This document shows, piece by piece, positions 23,076 through 35,332 of a stretch of DNA of 64,000 nt. The notes under the pieces are model-generated. The model was not told where the DNA came from. It saw nothing but the letters and a program-made list of their open reading frames with translations, and ran no database searches. Origin of the DNA: Pseudogymnoascus verrucosus (taxonomy: Eukaryota); the NCBI GenBank assembly GCA_001662655.1, contig KV460216.1; one strand, given 5' to 3'. The first letter of the stretch is position 1. The number at the start of each line of letters is the position of its first letter. The position numbers were made by a program, and so were the translations under genes.

Positions 23076-24755
23076 ATGGAAGGAAACCTTGTTGCGCCGC
23101 CGGTGCTGTCGACGCCAGACGCACATCTATTCGAAGACCCTACGCCTGTTGCGAAGAGCTCGTTCGGCAAAAGGTTGAGCGACGATGATGTGCGACACGT
23201 TTACGAGATTGTCCGGACGGCGGGGGAGATCCGAGCTGGAGGATGGAGGCGAGTCGCTCTACAGTTTCCAGACAACATGCTGAACGATGCGCCGAGGGTT
23301 TTCGAATTTTTACAGAAGGCGCTGAAAGATTTGTCCCCAAAGGCTGCGGAAGCAGACGCTGGTGTGGAGGATGTGGCCAAGGCTGTGCAAGAGCTGGATA
23401 TTGCGAAACAAAATATAGCAAAGCAACCATCCGAAGACCGACTTTTTATACTGGCAGATACATCATATGGAGCATGTTGTGTGGATGAGATCGCAGCAGA
23501 GCATGTTGACGCCGACGTAGTGGTCCACTATGGCCGTTCTTGCCTGTCGCCCACGGCGAGGCTTCCCGTCATCTACGTCTTTACAACCCATAAGCTTCCG
23601 ATTGAACCCGTGATAGAAGCATTCCAGCAAACATATACGGAAAAGGATAACAAGATTATACTCATGGCCGATATTATATACTCAGACCATATACCCACGA
23701 TACTCGAACAAGTAACGGCTCTGGGCTACACCGATGTCTTCGCCCCATCTATTATTCACGACCCAGCATCGCCTCTCCCAAATCGAACAGTACCTTCAAC
23801 TGTCGAATCTGGGGAAAATAAGATGCAAGATTATAGTTTATTCCATATATCAGAGCCACCTCGGAGTCTGCTCCTTACGCTATCCTCGCGGCTCAAGTCG
23901 ATGCATATATACCCGACCGATACGGCAAATCCACAAGCTCTAGAAGCTCAAACATCCCGTCTCTTGATGAGGCGGTATGCTACACTCACATCCTTAAATA
24001 CCTGTTCCATTTTTGGGATTCTCATAAACACGCTCTCCGTTAAAAATTACATGCCGACTGTCGACGCCATAAAGGCACGGATTGCTGCGGCGGGAAAGAA
24101 GAGTTATACGTTTGTAGTAGGCAAAGTCAACGCTGCAAAGGTTGCAAACTTTTCGGAAATCGGGGGATGGGTTGTCATTGGGTGCTGGGAAAGCAGTCTG
24201 CTTGATAGCACAGAGTTCTTCCGACCCATAATCACCCCTTTCGAGCTTGGTCTAGCATTGATGAGCGATGAGGAACGGGTATGGACAGGTGAATGGAACG
24301 GGGATTTCAGCGACATTATTAACAAGCCACTCGTACCCCGGACAGTTAAAAAGGATGCAGATGAGCCTGGTGATGAAGACAATGAAGGCTCGGATGAAGA
24401 AGAAGACTCAGCTCCACCAGAATTTGACCTCCGGACTGGCCGTTATATAAGTCACAGCAGGCCCATGCGTCCGTCGAAAACAACCCAGTCAACCTCCAAT
24501 GATGCGACAGGTGAAACCGGGGTACCAGCATCAAGTGCCCTGATGAAGCGTGCAAACGGAGACTTGGCTATGATCAACGGTATAGCAAGCCCTGGCGCGG
24601 AATATCTACGTTCCCAGCGAACATGGAAGGGGCTTGGTAGTGATTTTGAGGTTGCCTATGATAATGATGACGGGCAGCTGGGTGCGCAAGTGGAACAAGG
24701 TAGGGGAGGTGTCGCAAGAGGATATACCGTGGGTGGTGAGGGCGATAGACACTGA
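23076..24755 (+). CDS. DPH2: Diphthamide biosynthesis protein 2
   Basis: VALQFPD, ILADTSYGACCVDEIAAEH, VHYGRSCLSP, GKVNAAKVANF, RTWKGL, GRGGVARGY. Confidence 0.95.
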   Translation: MEGNLVAPPVLSTPDAHLFEDPTPVAKSSFGKRLSDDDVRHVYEIVRTAGEIRAGGWRRVALQFPDNMLNDAPRVFEFLQKALKDLSPKAAEADAGVEDVAKAVQELDIAKQNIAKQPSEDRLFILADTSYGACCVDEIAAEHVDADVVVHYGRSCLSPTARLPVIYVFTTHKLPIEPVIEAFQQTYTEKDNKIILMADIIYSDHIPTILEQVTALGYTDVFAPSIIHDPASPLPNRTVPSTVESGENKMQDYSLFHISEPPRSLLLTLSSRLKSMHIYPTDTANPQALEAQTSRLLMRRYATLTSLNTCSIFGILINTLSVKNYMPTVDAIKARIAAAGKKSYTFVVGKVNAAKVANFSEIGGWVVIGCWESSLLDSTEFFRPIITPFELGLALMSDEERVWTGEWNGDFSDIINKPLVPRTVKKDADEPGDEDNEGSDEEEDSAPPEFDLRTGRYISHSRPMRPSKTTQSTSNDATGETGVPASSALMKRANGDLAMINGIASPGAEYLRSQRTWKGLGSDFEVAYDNDDGQLGAQVEQGRGGVARGYTVGGEGDRH

Positions 24756-26104
24756 TTTGATGTACCCGTTTTAAGGGTTGGAATAAAATGCATCGACCAT
24801 GGGATACCCTAGAATCTGCCATTTACGTCGGACAGAAAGTGTTTTATGAGCGCAAAATAAGCCATATTGGATGATACAGAGATATTTGGATGGCATTGTG
24901 AGAACCATAATAGAATGTCGATCCGGAATAATCCAATCCCCTACTTGTCCGCGACCAGGTTTGATGGGATGAAGTGAGGCATCTCTCCCTTGAAAAGTCA
25001 AGGCGGCTGTGTTCTTCATGCGTAGGAGAATTAAAAAGCTTCAAAATGATGAACGGAATATTTTGATTTTTGTTGTTCGATAGTCGCAGGCATCATACGC
25101 CTGTCTGATTTGTCGGTTGTCAGGGCCGAACATCCCCGCGATGTCCCGTCAGCCACCCTTCTTGGTCCATGCGTCGCTTCAGACCACCTGAAACTCCTTG
25201 TCGGTCTCAAAGGCTGTCTCAACATCACCCTAAAGTAACAGCAGCCGCTCCGCTATGGTTTTACAGTTCGCCCCGAGGCAACACCTCAATTCGCATTGAA
25301 TTGTAATGACCGAACCCCAAGAACAGTTGACTACCAGGGCGGAGTTGATAACCAACAAGTATTTCATATCCCACAGAGCCTTTAGGAATCTTACAACCCC
25401 TGAATTACGATTTCCGTACCTAGATGAAGAGATTACAGACTACCATGAGGAGGTCGCAACGATGGTGGGGCCCAAAGATGGGGAGCCTCAATAACCCTAG
25501 TAGCTCCTTGAGACGCTTCAAGCCGTGGACGTTTCCAAGGCACCTCAGAACATTCTCGTCTGATATCCCCAGCAACGCCCCCCACGTACCACTTCCAACG
25601 TATGGCCGAAACACCACATACCCCATGGTTGGCGGTTGGCCCTGGCCCCAAAGTCAAGGGTCTGTTGTAGCAAGACATGGCAAAGAGGGAGCTATGGGCG
25701 CTAAAAGACGCCTCTTCCTGCTCTATACCGCCGCACAGGCTTGTTCGGATATCATCCGGTCTGAGGATATTAATTCCGTCTCGATCTCCTGCATGGCCCT
25801 CCTCTTGGCAGGGATGAGACGGCGCAAAGTGGGCTGGCAACCCCCAATTCTGTCCGAATCTTACAAGAATACGACAAGGTAGGATCTCCATATAAGGTCA
25901 GACGAGACCCAGAATCATGTCTCTTTCTTTCCTCATCACTTCTTCAAACTTTCCATCGAGTCCTTTGTTTCTATTCTCAGTTCTGTGAACTTTCGCTTCT
26001 ATTTACATTCATTCTTTAAATCAGCGTCGGCAGGCCCACCTTCATTTAACTTCAATTCTACGATCTTTAAGTGTCAAAAAACCAAACCCATCAAATCAGG
26101 AAAT

Positions 26105-27244
26105 ATGCAGTCCAAGGCTATCCTTCTTTCTCTTCTCATCGCCTACGCCGAGGCTAGATTTGGCCAGGAGCAAGAACCTATCAGTGCCATTTCAGCTGTC
26201 ACCAGTGGCGGCGGCCCCGGTGTTGCCGCTACCTTAGCTGGAGGTGCCATCAGCACCCTTCTCGGCGCCGCAAACCCTTGCGCCAAGGTACGACCCACAA
26301 CGCCCTTTAATATGAAGTCAGCTACTAACAAATAATAGCTCCAAGCTGCCGACGAAATCATTGCCAAGCTTGGCACTGGTGCTGATGCCGTAGCAGCAGC
26401 CATCGGCCTCGTTGCTGCCGAGCAGAACTTCAACCCCTTCGCGACCGACATCCCCAGCATCTGCGGCGACCCAACCCTCCCCGCCACTGAGGTTCTTCGT
26501 GGTGTTGTGCCGCTCGTTGACCCTGCCGTCACCAACTCTGCCACTGAGAATGCCAACTCGGCCAAGTCGAAGACGGCCCCTTTCAATGCGAAGGGCCTTA
26601 GTGTTGCGCAGGTCATGGTCAACAATGGCTTTACTAGCCTGAAAGCAGTTGACCTTTCTGGAGCTACCGTCGATGTCAAGGCAGGTGCTGCTGCTGGTGC
26701 AAATGCCGGTACCAACACTGGTGCTAATGCCGGCGCTGGTGCTGCTGCTGATGCCGCAGTTACCACGGCTGCTGCTGCCGCTGCTAAGACAGCTGTGGCT
26801 GCGGCTGATTGCCCACCGGCCACTGTATTTGTTACTGTTACCATGGGTGCTGCCGCTGCTGCTGATACTGCTGCCGCGAACGCCGGAAACAACAACGCCA
26901 ACAACAATGGAAATGCTGCTACTGGAAACGGTGGAGCCCAAGCTTCCGCGGGCGGGTTCGACTTCGGAACCTGCACTCCTACCATGAAATTTGTCGGTGG
27001 ACTTGGCAACCGCCCTGCCACTGAATTCACCTTCCAGGCCATTGACCCCGTTGTCGCCCTGGGCCAACAGGAGGCTCTCAACCCCAACATCATCACCAAC
27101 AGGATCTGCGATCAACTTACCAACGTCTGCAACGCCGGCGCCTCTGGCAAGGCCGCTTGCCTCGATGCAAAGGCACAGATTCTCGCGCTTGGCACAAGGG
27201 ATGCCTCCACCGCAGCAAAGTGGAACTCGCTGCTCGGTTTCTAG
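26105..27244 (+). CDS. Secreted Ala-rich cell-surface protein
   Basis: Signal peptide MQSKAILLSLLIAYAEA; intron about 26288-26338; Ala/Asn-rich linker; Cys-containing C-terminal domain (FDFGTC...ALNPNIITNRICDQLTNVC). Confidence 0.8.
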
Positions 27245-27560
27245 AGTGTCTAAAGTAACACCCTGCAGCCTTCTGGGGGTATTCTGAGCTAGTGTACGAA
27301 TGATTGGCGTCGGGAGTTCGTAGTGTTTATGATTAGATGAAGGCAGTTTTGCTATTCCTGTGATGGGTATTTTGGAGGCTACCCCGATAGTTTGTTAGCT
27401 TATACTATCTGAATATATATTTACCTAGCCGCATCGTTGTCTCTGCAAAATTTTATCCCCGACACATTTGATTTTGACCATAATTAATCGACTAATATGT
27501 GACAATTTCAGTTTAATAACTCTTGTGATAACGACCATAGTGCCCATGGATTTAGAGCCT

Positions 27561-27664
27561 TAGGGTGAGCAACTCAAGCTGACTCATGAGTCTACAAAAT
27601 TATTGACTCACGACTCATGATTAAGTATAAACTCATGAGTCTATGAGTTTTTTTGCTCACCCTG
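27561..27664. mobile_element. 104-bp non-autonomous hAT-type MITE
   Basis: TIRs TAGGGTGAGCAA / TTGCTCACCCTG (11/12 match); perfect 8-bp TSD TAGAGCCT at 27553-27560 and 27665-27672; internal repeated ACTCATGAGT motifs. Confidence 0.88.
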
Positions 27665-28181
27665 TAGAGCCTTGACTGTTAACTTCGAAGCATTAAGGTC
27701 GTAAGTGTGTGATGTTATCTGTCTATGAAACGAGAACTTTGAAAATGATCCTTCATTAAAATAATTTTATTCATATTTAATAAATTCACCACAACCTAGT
27801 AATATTAGCCATCTGTAAAACTTCGGCTCTCTATTAGCCGTTTGTTTAATAGTAGAAATTGTAACAGGAGTTACATTATCAATGGACGCCTCCTTCCACT
27901 TGTAAATAATTGTTGACTTCACAGAAGCTCAAGATCGCCAAACTAATAAATTGACAGCGCACGGACCACAAGGCTGAAATTCGCCAACCTCCTCCAGTCC
28001 AACCTGCCCCTTCCCTCTCAACGAAGCAAACAATACTCCACGAAACACTACTATCACCACCTTCATTTGCATAAAACTTACGCCAGTCATAACATATCGA
28101 CAATAGCGATGACCATTCTGCCATGGTTTATCGACGCAAACTACTTCTGAAACCAGCAGCGCGTCTTTGATTCTGGCCCAA

Positions 28182-31100
28182 ATGTCAGCCTCATCAGGCG
28201 CAAGCTTGACTACGCTCTCGAGACCCAGGATAGCCGTTGTCCTGGTCACTGTCCTGGCAAGTGTGTATGGTATTTACTACCTACACAGTAGCAGCGATGG
28301 CACCGAAACGACCGCAGAGCCTATTGCACCGTCTGGACCTGGACTTCACCGCACCAACGCAATTCGGCGTCGCCACCGACGACCAGCCCCCCGAACAGGC
28401 GATGGAGCTGAGGACAACCCAGACACATCTCACGATGAGTCCGAAGATACGGATGGTGAAAGCGGGCCAGTGGTTCTGAGACCCCTTACCGATGGCGAAA
28501 CGGTAGTCGACGAGGCCGCATTTGACGAATTCGACGATCCCTCGTGGAACCGACAGCGTGCTGGACAGCATATGGTACAACTGCTATTTCGAATATCCGA
28601 AGATGCTACAAAACGAAACGCATACGTCCATCGTGGAACGCTATGTAATGCTTGCGGAGTTGTTCCAATCCGCGGTATTAGGTATCGCTGTGCAAACTGT
28701 GCGGACTACGACCTCTGCGAATCCTGTGAATCCCAAGGCCACCACTACAGGACGCACGTTTTCTACAAGATTCGAGTTCCTATATCCAACTATGCGCCGA
28801 GGCAATTGCAGTCGGCGTTCTATCCTGGCGACCCAGACACTGCCGTGAAGATGTTGACTCGCGAACTCACGACAAGGCTCACAAGAGAGACAGGCCTAGA
28901 TCGGCCCGAAATCGAGGCGTACTGGGAGCAGTGGACATACATGGCAAACACAGAGTGGCGCGACGACCCAGACGCACTTTTCCTGGCCATGGACCGACGA
29001 ACATTTGACCGCTGCCTTGTTCCGTCCGACGGAAATCGCTATGCGGCGCCGAATCTCATACACGACCGCATGTTCGCATTCTACGACCAAAACAACGACG
29101 ACTTAATCAGTTTTCCGGAATACCTACAAGGGCTGGCGTTTAGGAAAAGCAAGAATAAGCTCAGAAGGGTATTTGATGGGTACGACATCAACGGAGACGG
29201 ATTCGTTGATAGAAAAGATTTTCTACGGATGTTCCGGTCGTACTATGTTTTGTTCAAGAATATGCGGAAAGATATGCTGGATAGTATGGATGAGCATGCT
29301 GTTAATAGTGTTGAAGCACATCAACTCGTTCACAGCAGGCAACCCCTGAGTAGTGCTTTCGGCCGCGATGGTCGATTTGGACGTGCTTCGAATCCACGTA
29401 CTCCTGGGGAAGGGAAACAACCCAATCCCGACGGCGACCTCGAAATCGTCGATGGTAAAGGGATTGTAAATCCAAGCGGCGATGACCACGGCGACAAAGC
29501 AGACGTATTTAGAGACCCCCTTGGTCGAGCCATGAACGATTTCCCCCCGGACGGGACTGGTAACTACTGGGGAGTCGTGTCATCTCCCCCAGCCACGCTG
29601 GAAACGTTGCAAAGTAGGGTATTGGAGAATATTTTGTCAACTCGGAGTCAGCAGGAAAATACTCCACCCCGGAACGAACGATCTGGAAATCAGGAGCTAC
29701 CAGACGAAATTGATGTGAACTGGCCCCCAGAAATTGTTGAGCCTTGCGATGTATCCGAAGTCCTCGGTATGGATGTGCCGTTCGATCAGGTGCCTCTCAG
29801 CCAACGTGCTAAAATTATAGACGAGGCTTCAAGACGACTGCTTCGCAACGCCCATCTGGAGCAGGAGGCAATTACTAATAACCGCATGCATGAACGGTGG
29901 AGGAGGCGCCAGTTTTATACTGATGAAGAGGAAGGAGTAGAGGCACCTGCGGACTGGAAAGTCGAAGAAGATGTCCCTCTTGGCGAGACGAAATCGGAGG
30001 AAGCTCCTCAAATACCAGCCCCATCTCCTCGCTCAAGATCGTCTTCGAAGGTTAGATTTGCAGAAGACATGGATGACTACGAGACCAGATCGAATCCATC
30101 AACGTCATCGCGCAGTGTTCCAGAGCGTTGGGGTGGAATGGAGATACCCGAAGCAGAGAAGGACGCAGGAAAAGATGTCTTGTACCAAGTCGCCCAACAG
30201 GCGTTCAATGAGCTTCTTGATAATCTCTTCAAAAACGCGGAGGATGCTGCTATAGCTTCGCTTTCGTCTAAGAAGACCAGAGCCCTACACCGCCATTTAT
30301 TTACAAATGTATACTTTGAATGGTGGGCTGAGCGGGTTGACATGAGCTACGCCGAGAAAGACAACAAAGAATCTGATGATGCGGATAAGAAGAGCCTCGA
30401 GGCTGAGCTTGCACGCCACATGCAAAGGGAAATCAGATCATGGAACGAAGAACCGAGTGCCACATTTATTGAGATAGAGGAGACGCGCCAGGTCCCTCTA
30501 GATGTACTCCTCGCTACATCGGGATATTCAGTCGAACAGGGCACCGAAGTCACCGAATCTAGTGCTATCCCCAATGAAGATATAGCAGTACATGACGCCT
30601 CGTCACCCGAAAGTCAGAGTTTGGATACACCAGTCGATGAGCACCACCGTGACCTACTGGAAGTCCTCCGCGGCCCCATCCCAGACCAAACAGAACCCCC
30701 GTTGCCCACCGACGAAGACGACTTCACAGATATGTTGCAATCATATCGTGATCCAACCCTACCCCAATTCCGGCCTTCAGCCGTATCGCCTCCCGCCTCC
30801 AACCCACCACCCCCAGAACCCCAAGACATACCACTGCCAACAACCGAAACCTCCGAACCACTTCGCCGTGAAGGCAGCGACCGCTCAAACCACGAACGCT
30901 CGCGCACCTCCAAACGAGGCAGCAAAGCTCATCGCAGCCGCGCTAAGAACTCTACTGAGTCCTCATCTCCCAAACTCGAGAAAACCCCACTCCGCGACCT
31001 ACAAAAAGAGCTTCTCACCGAGATGAAAGCGGACGCTACTGTGCCGACCGAAGTCCACCGTAGCCTTGCGAAGTGGGACTGGATGGCACTATACAAGCTG

Positions 31101-31337
31101 CGCGAGATGGAGAGTACAGAGGCTAACGCGCGGACGCGTGGTGGATGGGGCCGGATCGGCTGGGTCGAGTTCGAGGATATCGTGCGCCTACGGGATGCGG
31201 CGTGGCGGACGGAGAAGCGGGAGTTGAAGGAGGCGGGGAAGGCAGAGGCGGGGAGGAGGATCATGAAGAGGGAGCAGGATGTGGAGAGGATGGTGGAGTA
31301 TCTGGGGAGCTGGATCGAGATGTGTATCCCGGGATAA
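28182..31337 (+). CDS. ZZ-type zinc finger and EF-hand protein with N-terminal TM anchor
   Basis: HRGTLCNAC...RYRCANCADYDLCESC...H..H (ZZ); EF loops DQNNDDLISFPEY and DINGDGFVDRKDF. Confidence 0.9.
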   Translation: MSASSGASLTTLSRPRIAVVLVTVLASVYGIYYLHSSSDGTETTAEPIAPSGPGLHRTNAIRRRHRRPAPRTGDGAEDNPDTSHDESEDTDGESGPVVLRPLTDGETVVDEAAFDEFDDPSWNRQRAGQHMVQLLFRISEDATKRNAYVHRGTLCNACGVVPIRGIRYRCANCADYDLCESCESQGHHYRTHVFYKIRVPISNYAPRQLQSAFYPGDPDTAVKMLTRELTTRLTRETGLDRPEIEAYWEQWTYMANTEWRDDPDALFLAMDRRTFDRCLVPSDGNRYAAPNLIHDRMFAFYDQNNDDLISFPEYLQGLAFRKSKNKLRRVFDGYDINGDGFVDRKDFLRMFRSYYVLFKNMRKDMLDSMDEHAVNSVEAHQLVHSRQPLSSAFGRDGRFGRASNPRTPGEGKQPNPDGDLEIVDGKGIVNPSGDDHGDKADVFRDPLGRAMNDFPPDGTGNYWGVVSSPPATLETLQSRVLENILSTRSQQENTPPRNERSGNQELPDEIDVNWPPEIVEPCDVSEVLGMDVPFDQVPLSQRAKIIDEASRRLLRNAHLEQEAITNNRMHERWRRRQFYTDEEEGVEAPADWKVEEDVPLGETKSEEAPQIPAPSPRSRSSSKVRFAEDMDDYETRSNPSTSSRSVPERWGGMEIPEAEKDAGKDVLYQVAQQAFNELLDNLFKNAEDAAIASLSSKKTRALHRHLFTNVYFEWWAERVDMSYAEKDNKESDDADKKSLEAELARHMQREIRSWNEEPSATFIEIEETRQVPLDVLLATSGYSVEQGTEVTESSAIPNEDIAVHDASSPESQSLDTPVDEHHRDLLEVLRGPIPDQTEPPLPTDEDDFTDMLQSYRDPTLPQFRPSAVSPPASNPPPPEPQDIPLPTTETSEPLRREGSDRSNHERSRTSKRGSKAHRSRAKNSTESSSPKLEKTPLRDLQKELLTEMKADATVPTEVHRSLAKWDWMALYKLREMESTEANARTRGGWGRIGWVEFEDIVRLRDAAWRTEKRELKEAGKAEAGRRIMKREQDVERMVEYLGSWIEMCIPG

Positions 31338-31465
31338 TGGGAGTTGGGGTGGGTGCTGGCTGATGGCTATGTGGGTGATAAGGCGCTTACAATGTATATT
31401 ATGGGTTCGCAGTAGCGTTAATATGGCTTCCGAATAAGGAAGGGACGACGGCTAGATGGCAAGAG

Positions 31466-31657
31466 CGAGCATAAGGAAGGCACAGGAGCTTCAGATAGAA
31501 GGTGCGAACCTGACATACAAATAAAATTATGGAAGGCACGTACGTATTTTAAAAGGAAGGTGCGATGGTCTACTGTGATAAACATGCAAATGGACCTTGA
31601 AAGTTCTAGAATTCAATTCCGGCATCTGTAGTAATCTTCGCGCTGCGCCCATGTTAT
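31466..31657. repeat. Diverged direct repeat, copy 1 (copy 2 at about 32676-32889)
   Basis: Shared blocks in the same order: CGAGCA.AAGGAAGGCAC, GGAAGGCACGT, GGAAGGTGC.ATGG, AGAATT, CTTCGC.CTGCGCC. Confidence 0.65.
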
Positions 31658-32108
31658 AATCCTGGGCGTCGCCGAAACGGTTTGGTGTTCCTGAAGCACA
31701 CATCGTTACCCCTGGCGCCTCGGCATTGTGGAACCCCGGTTTGGGACTTGGCAAAGCATCATTTCATAGCTCTTCAAACCACGCGTGTATCACATCACCA
31801 CCCGTCTAATTTTCCCATTTGTCCCAATGGCAATGATCTCTGGGTAGAGTAGTTCCCGTCCCATTTGTCTTGGCTCTGTTGCAAAACTTGTCTCAGGAGT
31901 TGTCTTTGCACAGAAAAATGCCTACATAACCCGCACTCTCCCCTCGTCTGTTTCCTCTCCTCTCCTTCACGCCAATCCTCATCATCCAAACTATCTCCTA
32001 ACTTATTCTTTTCTACCTTGCAAATTTTAATATCGTCGCCGGTCGACAGCCAGTCTTTCTAGAAACCATCAAAAAATTATTCTTATATACACCAATATCA
32101 CCGCCATA

Positions 32109-32368
32109 ATGCAGTTCAAGATTCTCGCCTTTGCCTCGTTCCTCGCTGTTGCCATTGCAGCACCCGCTGTTCAATCTAGCGGAGGTAAATATGCCTCTCC
32201 GCATATATGCTACTGAATACAGCTAACAACTATTTTGCAGAGGTCGTTGTCCGCGCACCGCTTCCTGCAGTCCTCAGCGAGACCGCAGCAATGAGCAACG
32301 CCAATGGAGAGGTCGTTCCTTTCTCATCGACTGAGGTTCACCAGCCACTCAAGGCTGCCGGGAAATAA
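32109..32368 (+). CDS. 67-aa small secreted protein (absent from the ORF track)
   Basis: MQFKILAFASFLAVAIAAPAVQSSG|EVVVRAPLPAVLSETAAMSNANGEVVPFSSTEVHQPLKAAGK; intron 32185-32240 (GTAAAT..GCTAAC..CAG). Confidence 0.8.
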
Positions 32369-32675
32369 ATTGATGGAACGGTTATAATTTAAAGGGACAC
32401 TGTACGAGTGCTGCCTTGTGTGTGAGGGTTCAGGTTTTAAATGGAAGAAGGGGCGTATCTAAGGATGGAAACGAGTCGTTGTGGGATAGGGACATCAGAA
32501 AGTGATGGGATTCGGTCGTCGAAATAATGTGCAGCTATAGATTCGATACTTCTATAATCGTACTGTATTCTGTCTATGTCGTCTTCTTGTGCCTCATCTT
32601 GACCTGTCATCATTTTTGGACCATGGTTGCGATTCTAATGCACAAGAGAGGGCTTCCTCATGATTACGGAAGTAC

Positions 32676-32889
32676 CGAGCAGAAGGAAGGCACGAGGTTT
32701 CAACGGAAAGCGCGAAGCTGTAACATGAGGCACTAACATGCCATGGAAATTAGAAGAGGGAAGGCACGTCTTTTGAACGGGAAGGTGCAATGGGTCACTT
32801 CACTAAAGACATATAGCATATGACTTTGGATTGAGAATTTCATTGCTTGCATAATAATCTAATATTCTTCGCACTGCGCCTATCGTACA
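32676..32889. repeat. Diverged direct repeat, copy 2
   Basis: See copy 1 at 31466-31657. Confidence 0.65.
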
Positions 32890-33030
32890 GTTATTAGAGA
32901 CCCTATCTCCCCCCAAAAATAGCCCTCAAAAATACCACGGCGGCGTACTCGCTGATTGATCTCTGAAATGTTGTCCCCATCCATTCTGCCATTTCAGATC
33001 AGGAACGTCGTAACATCTTGCACAGCTCGA

Positions 33031-35048
33031 TCAGACAGCGATTGAAAACCTTCGTGTCCGTCTATGTGTCAAGTCGAGAGACAGCCTCCGTGTGTCACTG
33101 TGTCGCTCTTGCAATCCGGCAACATTTGAAGTGGCTTGTAGCATCTCATGGCTGCAAGTCCCCATCTGATACTTTGCAAGCACATCTGAGAGCTGAGGCG
33201 GCGATATGGTAGACATAACTGAGCTAATTCCAGTGAGGTCGTCCCTCCCAGCTACAGCCAGATCTAGACGTGGACATAGCGCAACGGGCGCTTGGTCTTG
33301 AGCACCCTGGGTCTTAGTAATAGGGGATGGTTGCCCCGGAGCCTTTAGATCCCGACTGCCCCAACCGATATCACATACCGTGGCAAGCGTCCACAACCTA
33401 GTAATGCCATGGTAATAAACAAAGAGTATTCCGATCGGGATATACAGGACCGACCATGGCTGCTGCTTCCATACATGTCTTTCCACGAACAGCTCCGTCG
33501 GCTTGCTGCGCCAACTGGTGCGCGCCCACCGATGCATCTTTGGGCTGAGCTGGGACCACCGAGTAACGGAAATGCTTGTCCGCATGGGAGCTTCCTCATG
33601 GTTATAGAAAACCGTCTTCCATCCCTGGCTCTAACACCATCGGGCGACGAATTTGTCATCGTCGACGAGAAGAGGTCCGCAGGTTCCGAACAGCCAGGTT
33701 TCGTTGAGATATGCGTGGGCAAAATTTGAGTTCTTCACCATGTCTGTACGCATCAGAGCGGTTCGGCCAAAGATGGTGGAGACGCCTCCATCGATGTTGG
33801 ATGTTGCCGTGAGGTCGAAGTTGGATCTCTCAAGGTACATTACCGCGATGTAGTTGAGGATGTCCGTGAAAGAGAATAGCGGCAGATTCTCCCGATGCAC
33901 GCGCTTAACAGTTCCTACCAAGCCAACATGCGCATCGTTGAAAGGTAGGAGGGCATACCTCAAGAAATTATTTCCCCAGTACACCTGGTCATCAGCAGAG
34001 ATAATAATCTTTGTCGTTGCGAAAGAGACAGCTTCCAAGAACTGTGCACGCTTGTTTGCCTCTTTGACTATGATGACTTTCAGATTCTTGGATATGTCGC
34101 CGCAGGCCCTTTCTGCAGATTCCTCTTTGACTCGACTGTGGCGATGAAGACCTGCGCTGGGTTGCATTCAAGGACCGACCAAACGCAGCGTGTGAAGGCA
34201 TCCCCAAAATTGTCAATGCTGGGGATTATCACAGTGACATCTTCAGCATTATAGGCGGCATTTTTCGCTGAAGGAAGTTGCGGCCTATATGCTAAGTATG
34301 AAATGGAATGAACAACGACTTTGAGAAATTTGAAGACAGAAAGAATAATAAACCCCCTTTGCCATCGTGACAGATTGGACCAGCTGTTCCAACCACGTTG
34401 GATCTCGACGTTGAGAATGACTCCAAGGGTAAGGCAGAGAACGGACGCCACAGGGCGCCACCAGATGAATTGCAACGTCGCAAAGAATATGTTACAGAGC
34501 GTAATAGCGACAATGCGCCCAAATGTATCCAAAAAACCCACGACATTGCCATTGCTGTGGATTGATCCCACGAGAGATTTATGGACAGCAGTCCAGGGAG
34601 AAGACAGTGTGACCAAGGCTGCCAAAAGGCCAACTGATTGCCAGACACCCAGAGAGGGGAGAACGCACGAACACGCGTGCCAGAGACATGTATTGTCCGA
34701 CGAAATGTCGAACCCAGCCGCAAACGATGCCAGCGAGATGATGCAAAATGCAATGACCGTGGCCAGAAATGGTTTCCAATGGACCATCATTCTCCAAGAC
34801 TTTGCAGCGAAGGAGGAAAATCCAAGAAGCTGCGTGTGAACCAGGGAATCCAAAAAGCCGTGCGTGAAGCGCGAAACCAAGAAGCTGCGTGCAAACGAGG
34901 GTAATCCAACAAGAGGCGCTGGACACAATGTGATCCCAATAAGACAAGATTGTCCGAAGCTGTGAGGGGATTGGATAGCTGAAAGCAGCTGGTTTGATTG
35001 CTTTGATAGGAAAGCGAATAGTATTCTAACGCTCGTATATATAAGCAT
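33031..35048 (-). pseudogene. Cps1-like GT2 polysaccharide synthase pseudogene
   Basis: DVTVIIPSID, ANKRAQ, ADDQVYW, DGGVSTIFGRTA, DDDKFVARW, RWARTSWRS and WGSR motifs, interrupted by a frameshift near 34130 and TAG at 33631-33633. True 5' and 3' ends uncertain. Confidence 0.8.
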
Positions 35049-35332
35049 AAAAAGACCGGAGGAAACGAATCAACACCGAACAACAGTAACGAATGGGAAT
35101 GAAAATGAATAATTATGAACAACAACGAATTAAAAAGAAAATGAATCAACCGAGTGAACAATGGCAGAATATGCTGAACCATTCCCGTCCGAATCGACTC
35201 CGTGACCGACAGCAGAATACGTCGAGAAACTGAACCATCCCCGACTTATGTGAGGTTCAGTGGCATGTATAAAATTGAGTATAGGTCCCGACCGAGAGGA
35301 AATGGTATATTGGATATATATATCATGGCGCG

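Noticed and set aside
25306..25891. Overlapping short ORFs between DPH2 and the secreted protein
   Set aside because: Stop-interrupted and no recognisable homology.
26143..27115. Long antisense ORFs here and at 21421-22068, 39027-39641 and 40101-41441
   Set aside because: Shadows of codon-biased real genes on the opposite strand.
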